DNA of 28,179 nucleotides from Nitrososphaerota archaeon. Lineage in GTDB: Archaea > Thermoproteota > Nitrososphaeria > Nitrososphaerales > Gagatemarchaeaceae. The notes beneath the pieces were generated by a model, which was given only the letters and a program-made list of their open reading frames with translations, ran no database searches and was not told the DNA's origin. Made by a program: the position numbers and the translations under genes. The stretch lies in the NCBI GenBank assembly GCA_005877365.1, contig VBPP01000135.1:1-28179 (forward strand). The letters run 5' to 3'. This document shows, piece after piece, positions 25,157 through 28,179 of the stretch. Position 1 is the first letter of the stretch, and each line of letters begins with the position of its first letter.

Positions 25157-28100
25157 TTGGCGACCCTCGCGACTCGAAAGCTCTCGGAGCAATTCGAGGA
25201 GTTCCTCAAGACGGTGACGAACAAGAGCGGGGAGTACGTCTACAGGTCAAGCATTTCACAGCTGGCGGGGTCTGGCGGAAAGTCTCTTGTCGTTGAGTAC
25301 GAGGACCTCCTTAGGTACGACGACGAACTTGCAAAGAGACTCCTGGAGGAGCCCGACAAGACTCTCGAGTCATTCAGGACAGCCGCCTTCGAGACTCTCA
25401 GGTCGGAAAGCCCGAGCTACGCCGACCACGTTGCGAGGCTGCTAGCTGTGAGGATAAAGGGAATCCCAGATAGGGTTCCCTTGAGGAAGGTCGATACCTC
25501 CCACATCGACAAGATGATCGCCGTCTCGGGGATGGTTGTGAGGTCATCGGAGCTGAGGCCCCTGATGACGGAGGCCGCCTTCGTCTGCGAGAAGGGCGAC
25601 CTGACGTATCAGAAACAGGACGACATGCTGATGAAGAAGCCCCTGATGTGCGAGACCTGCGATTCAAGGAACCTCGAACTCGACAGGAAACGCAGCAAGT
25701 TCATCGACTACCAGATCCTGAGAGTCCAGGAGCTACCCGAGGAGCTCCCGGCGGGGCAGCTCCCCCAGTTCTTCGACGTGAACGCGGAGGGGGACATCGT
25801 GAATTCTGCGAGGCCCGGCGACAGGGTTGTCCTGACGGGGGTGATGAGGGCGGTTCCGGACTACTCGACCGGGCAGCTCAAGATGAGGCTCTTCAGATCG
25901 CAGATAGACTGCAACCACATCGAGGTCATCGGGAAGGAGCCGGAGCAGGTGCAGATTACCAGGGACGACGAGGCCCTAATCAGAAGCGTCGCCTCCCGCC
26001 CGGATGCGTATCAGAAGCTCATCGCCTCGATCGCCCCGGCAATAACAGGTCATGAGCCGGAGAGGGAAGCGATACTACTCCTGCTGGCGGGAGGGGTGGC
26101 GACTCATCTACCTGATGGCACGAAGCTGAGGGGTGACATTAATGTGTTATTCGTGGGTGATCCTGGCTGCCTCGTCGCTGACGAACGGGTGGTTTTGGGC
26201 AACGGCGCAATTGTGAAGATAGGCCAGGTGGGGAACGAACACTTGCAACCGCTCAACGTTCAGGTGTTAACGGGCGAAGGAGGAGGTCGGAGAGCGATGG
26301 CGACTAAGTTCCACATGTACAGGAGTCCTAGAATAGTCGAAATATTGACGGAATCGGGGAAGAGCATCAAGGGCACTCCTAACCACCCTCTCCTGCGCGT
26401 ACGCAATGAGAATGGGAGATTGGTGAGATCGTGGTACAGGCTGGACAGGTTCAAGGTTGGCGATAGAGTGGCTGTAGTCACGGGGTTCCCGTGCACAATC
26501 AGAGAGTTCGTAAGAACGAATTTCGTTGCGGTCGAGAGACACAAGTTCGGGCCAAAGTTCAACGCCAGACTCCCTGACCGAATGACACCACAACTTGCAG
26601 CCTTTTGTGGGTACGTGCTCGGCGACGGATGGATTTCCAACGATTCACAACGTTTTGGATTCGTTGTTGCTGAGCCCGAGTTGGACATCATGCCAATGTT
26701 GCTCTCGGTAGTGAAGGAGGTCTTTGGCTTGGAACCTAATATTTCGAGGCGCTTGATAAAGGGAAGAAAGGTGCCATTGCACTACGTCCACATGAGCAAT
26801 AAGGACATAGCCGCCAATCTCAGCTTTCTTAGGCAGAAGAGAGTCCCAGATATGGTACTTCGGTCTGGGAACAGCGTTGTTTCATCATTTCTCACGTGGC
26901 TCTATGAAGCCGACGGGTCAGTCTTTGCGAAAGGAAGGGGCTCACGAGCAATTTCCCTTAAGGCCAAGGACATCGAACTGCTTCGGGACGTCCAAGTTCT
27001 CTTGCTGCGTTTTGGAATCCACTCGAGAATAGTCGGTAATGCTCTCCTCATAAGAAGGGGAGAGGACATGTCCAGGTTTGCAAAGCACATCGGGTTCGCT
27101 TCGGCTAAGAAGAAAGCGATTCTCAAGAGTCTGAATGCCGACGCTCAGAACTTCGGAAGAGTGCACCGCCAGAGGAGCGAGAGAATCGTAAGCATCTCCA
27201 GACACGGACCGGCCGACGTCTACGACATTGAGGTACCAGACGGACATAGGTTCATAGCGAACGGGATCATCTCTCATAATACCGCCAAGTCAGAGATGCT
27301 GAAGTTCGCAGCCCAGGTGGCGCCTCGAGGCTTATTCGCTTCGGGGAGGGGCTCGACAGCGGCTGGCCTCTCAGCGGCGGTTATTAGGGAGAAGAACGTT
27401 TTCATGTTGGAAGCGGGAGTCGTCGTCTTGGCCGATCAGGGAATAGCTTGCCTTCACCCCGAAACAGCCGTGATCATCGGAGACAGAATCGTGAAAATAT
27501 CCGAGTTGGAAGAGGGCGTGAAATTTGAGAGAACTTTCTCGGGAGACGGAGAGGTGGAGATCGGCTTGCTCCGGGGAAGTGTACAATCGCTCGACCTGAA
27601 CAGACTTTCTTTGACGAGGACAGCGGCTACCTTAATTCGGCGGAAACGCTACAGAGGCATCCTTCGAGTTGTCAAGTTCAAGACAGGGCACACGATGAGA
27701 CTTACACCTGACCACCTTCTATTAGACGGCAACACGTTACAGTGGAAAGCGGTCGGTAGCCTCGAAAATGGCGACTACGTGGCTGCTCCGCTTAGACTGC
27801 CTCAGGTCTCGGAGAAGCAGTGGATATGGGATATCGCGTCCGACGATATCCGAGTCGAGCTTAGCGAAAACGAACGAAACGACTTGCAAGTCTTGGCAAG
27901 AAAGCAGGCTTCGAATTCAATAATCGATTCGCTCCGCAGCAGGTCACGCTTCACCTTCGGAGAGGTCAAGAGAATCGTTCGGTCTCTAGGAGCAGAAGAG
28001 GAATGGCGAAGGCGGTGTTTGAAGTTCGGCACAGCAAGACTGAGGACAGCTTGCATATCTCCGGAGATGGCTTACTTGGCGGGTTTTGTTTTTGGAGACG

Positions 28101-28179
28101 GATCCGCGAAGATGAAGAAAAACGGGCAAGTCTGGATTTCTGTTTCGCAGTCTCAGTCTCATGCTGCCTACAGGGAGAG
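25157..28179 (+). CDS. mcm: MCM replicative helicase precursor with two inteins; runs off the window
   Basis: Own translation from TTG 25157: IDYQILRVQELPEELPAGQLP, ARPGDRV, SIAPAI.G, RGDINVLFVGDPG|intein|TAKSEML, SGRGSTAAGLSAAV, MLEAGVVVLADQGIA|intein. No stop found to the window end. Confidence 0.96.
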   Translation, partial: MATLATRKLSEQFEEFLKTVTNKSGEYVYRSSISQLAGSGGKSLVVEYEDLLRYDDELAKRLLEEPDKTLESFRTAAFETLRSESPSYADHVARLLAVRIKGIPDRVPLRKVDTSHIDKMIAVSGMVVRSSELRPLMTEAAFVCEKGDLTYQKQDDMLMKKPLMCETCDSRNLELDRKRSKFIDYQILRVQELPEELPAGQLPQFFDVNAEGDIVNSARPGDRVVLTGVMRAVPDYSTGQLKMRLFRSQIDCNHIEVIGKEPEQVQITRDDEALIRSVASRPDAYQKLIASIAPAITGHEPEREAILLLLAGGVATHLPDGTKLRGDINVLFVGDPGCLVADERVVLGNGAIVKIGQVGNEHLQPLNVQVLTGEGGGRRAMATKFHMYRSPRIVEILTESGKSIKGTPNHPLLRVRNENGRLVRSWYRLDRFKVGDRVAVVTGFPCTIREFVRTNFVAVERHKFGPKFNARLPDRMTPQLAAFCGYVLGDGWISNDSQRFGFVVAEPELDIMPMLLSVVKEVFGLEPNISRRLIKGRKVPLHYVHMSNKDIAANLSFLRQKRVPDMVLRSGNSVVSSFLTWLYEADGSVFAKGRGSRAISLKAKDIELLRDVQVLLLRFGIHSRIVGNALLIRRGEDMSRFAKHIGFASAKKKAILKSLNADAQNFGRVHRQRSERIVSISRHGPADVYDIEVPDGHRFIANGIISHNTAKSEMLKFAAQVAPRGLFASGRGSTAAGLSAAVIREKNVFMLEAGVVVLADQGIACLHPETAVIIGDRIVKISELEEGVKFERTFSGDGEVEIGLLRGSVQSLDLNRLSLTRTAATLIRRKRYRGILRVVKFKTGHTMRLTPDHLLLDGNTLQWKAVGSLENGDYVAAPLRLPQVSEKQWIWDIASDDIRVELSENERNDLQVLARKQASNSIIDSLRSRSRFTFGEVKRIVRSLGAEEEWRRRCLKFGTARLRTACISPEMAYLAGFVFGDGSAKMKKNGQVWISVSQSQSHAAYRE
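26168..27280 (+). mobile_element. Intein 1 in the MCM Walker A motif (371 aa, LAGLIDADG endonuclease)
   Basis: Begins CLVADERV; block B GTPNHP; YVLGDG and LYEADGS; ends VYDIEV...FIANGIISHN followed by Thr. Excision restores GDPGTAKS. Confidence 0.95.
27449..28179 (+). mobile_element. Intein 2 just before the MCM Walker B motif (partial; LAGLIDADG)
   Basis: Begins CLHPETAV after ADQGIA; block B LTPDH; YLAGFVFGDGS; truncated by the window. Confidence 0.92.

Noticed and set aside
1-28179. CRISPR arrays, rRNA, tRNA, integrase or att sites
   Set aside because: None seen. The only tandem repeat is the coding linker, and no direct repeat was found at the block boundaries.

Overview
Archaeal, GC-rich window. 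Gins23 next to mcm, the anchored Thr-rich binding protein and the ureD style suggest Nitrososphaerota/TACK, which is an inference. Two replication loci (rfcS at left, gins23-mcm at right, with two LAGLIDADG inteins in MCM) flank a ~23.3-kb block for methylated and organic nitrogen. The block holds a bacterial-type N-methylglutamate (methylamine) pathway: mgsA-mgsB-mgsC, a degenerate second mgsC, gmaS and soxD/A/G/B-like (mgdBCDA) genes. It also holds a decayed IS6 element, a complete ureABCEFGD operon whose UreC has a remodelled substrate pocket, a divergent monomeric sarcosine-oxidase-family gene and a split Liv-type ABC transporter. Best candidate for an undescribed system: an archaeal N-methyl-nitrogen scavenging locus in which a divergent urease may supply methylamine (e.g. 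from N-methylurea) to the N-methylglutamate pathway. All family assignments come from motif recognition; no database searches were run.
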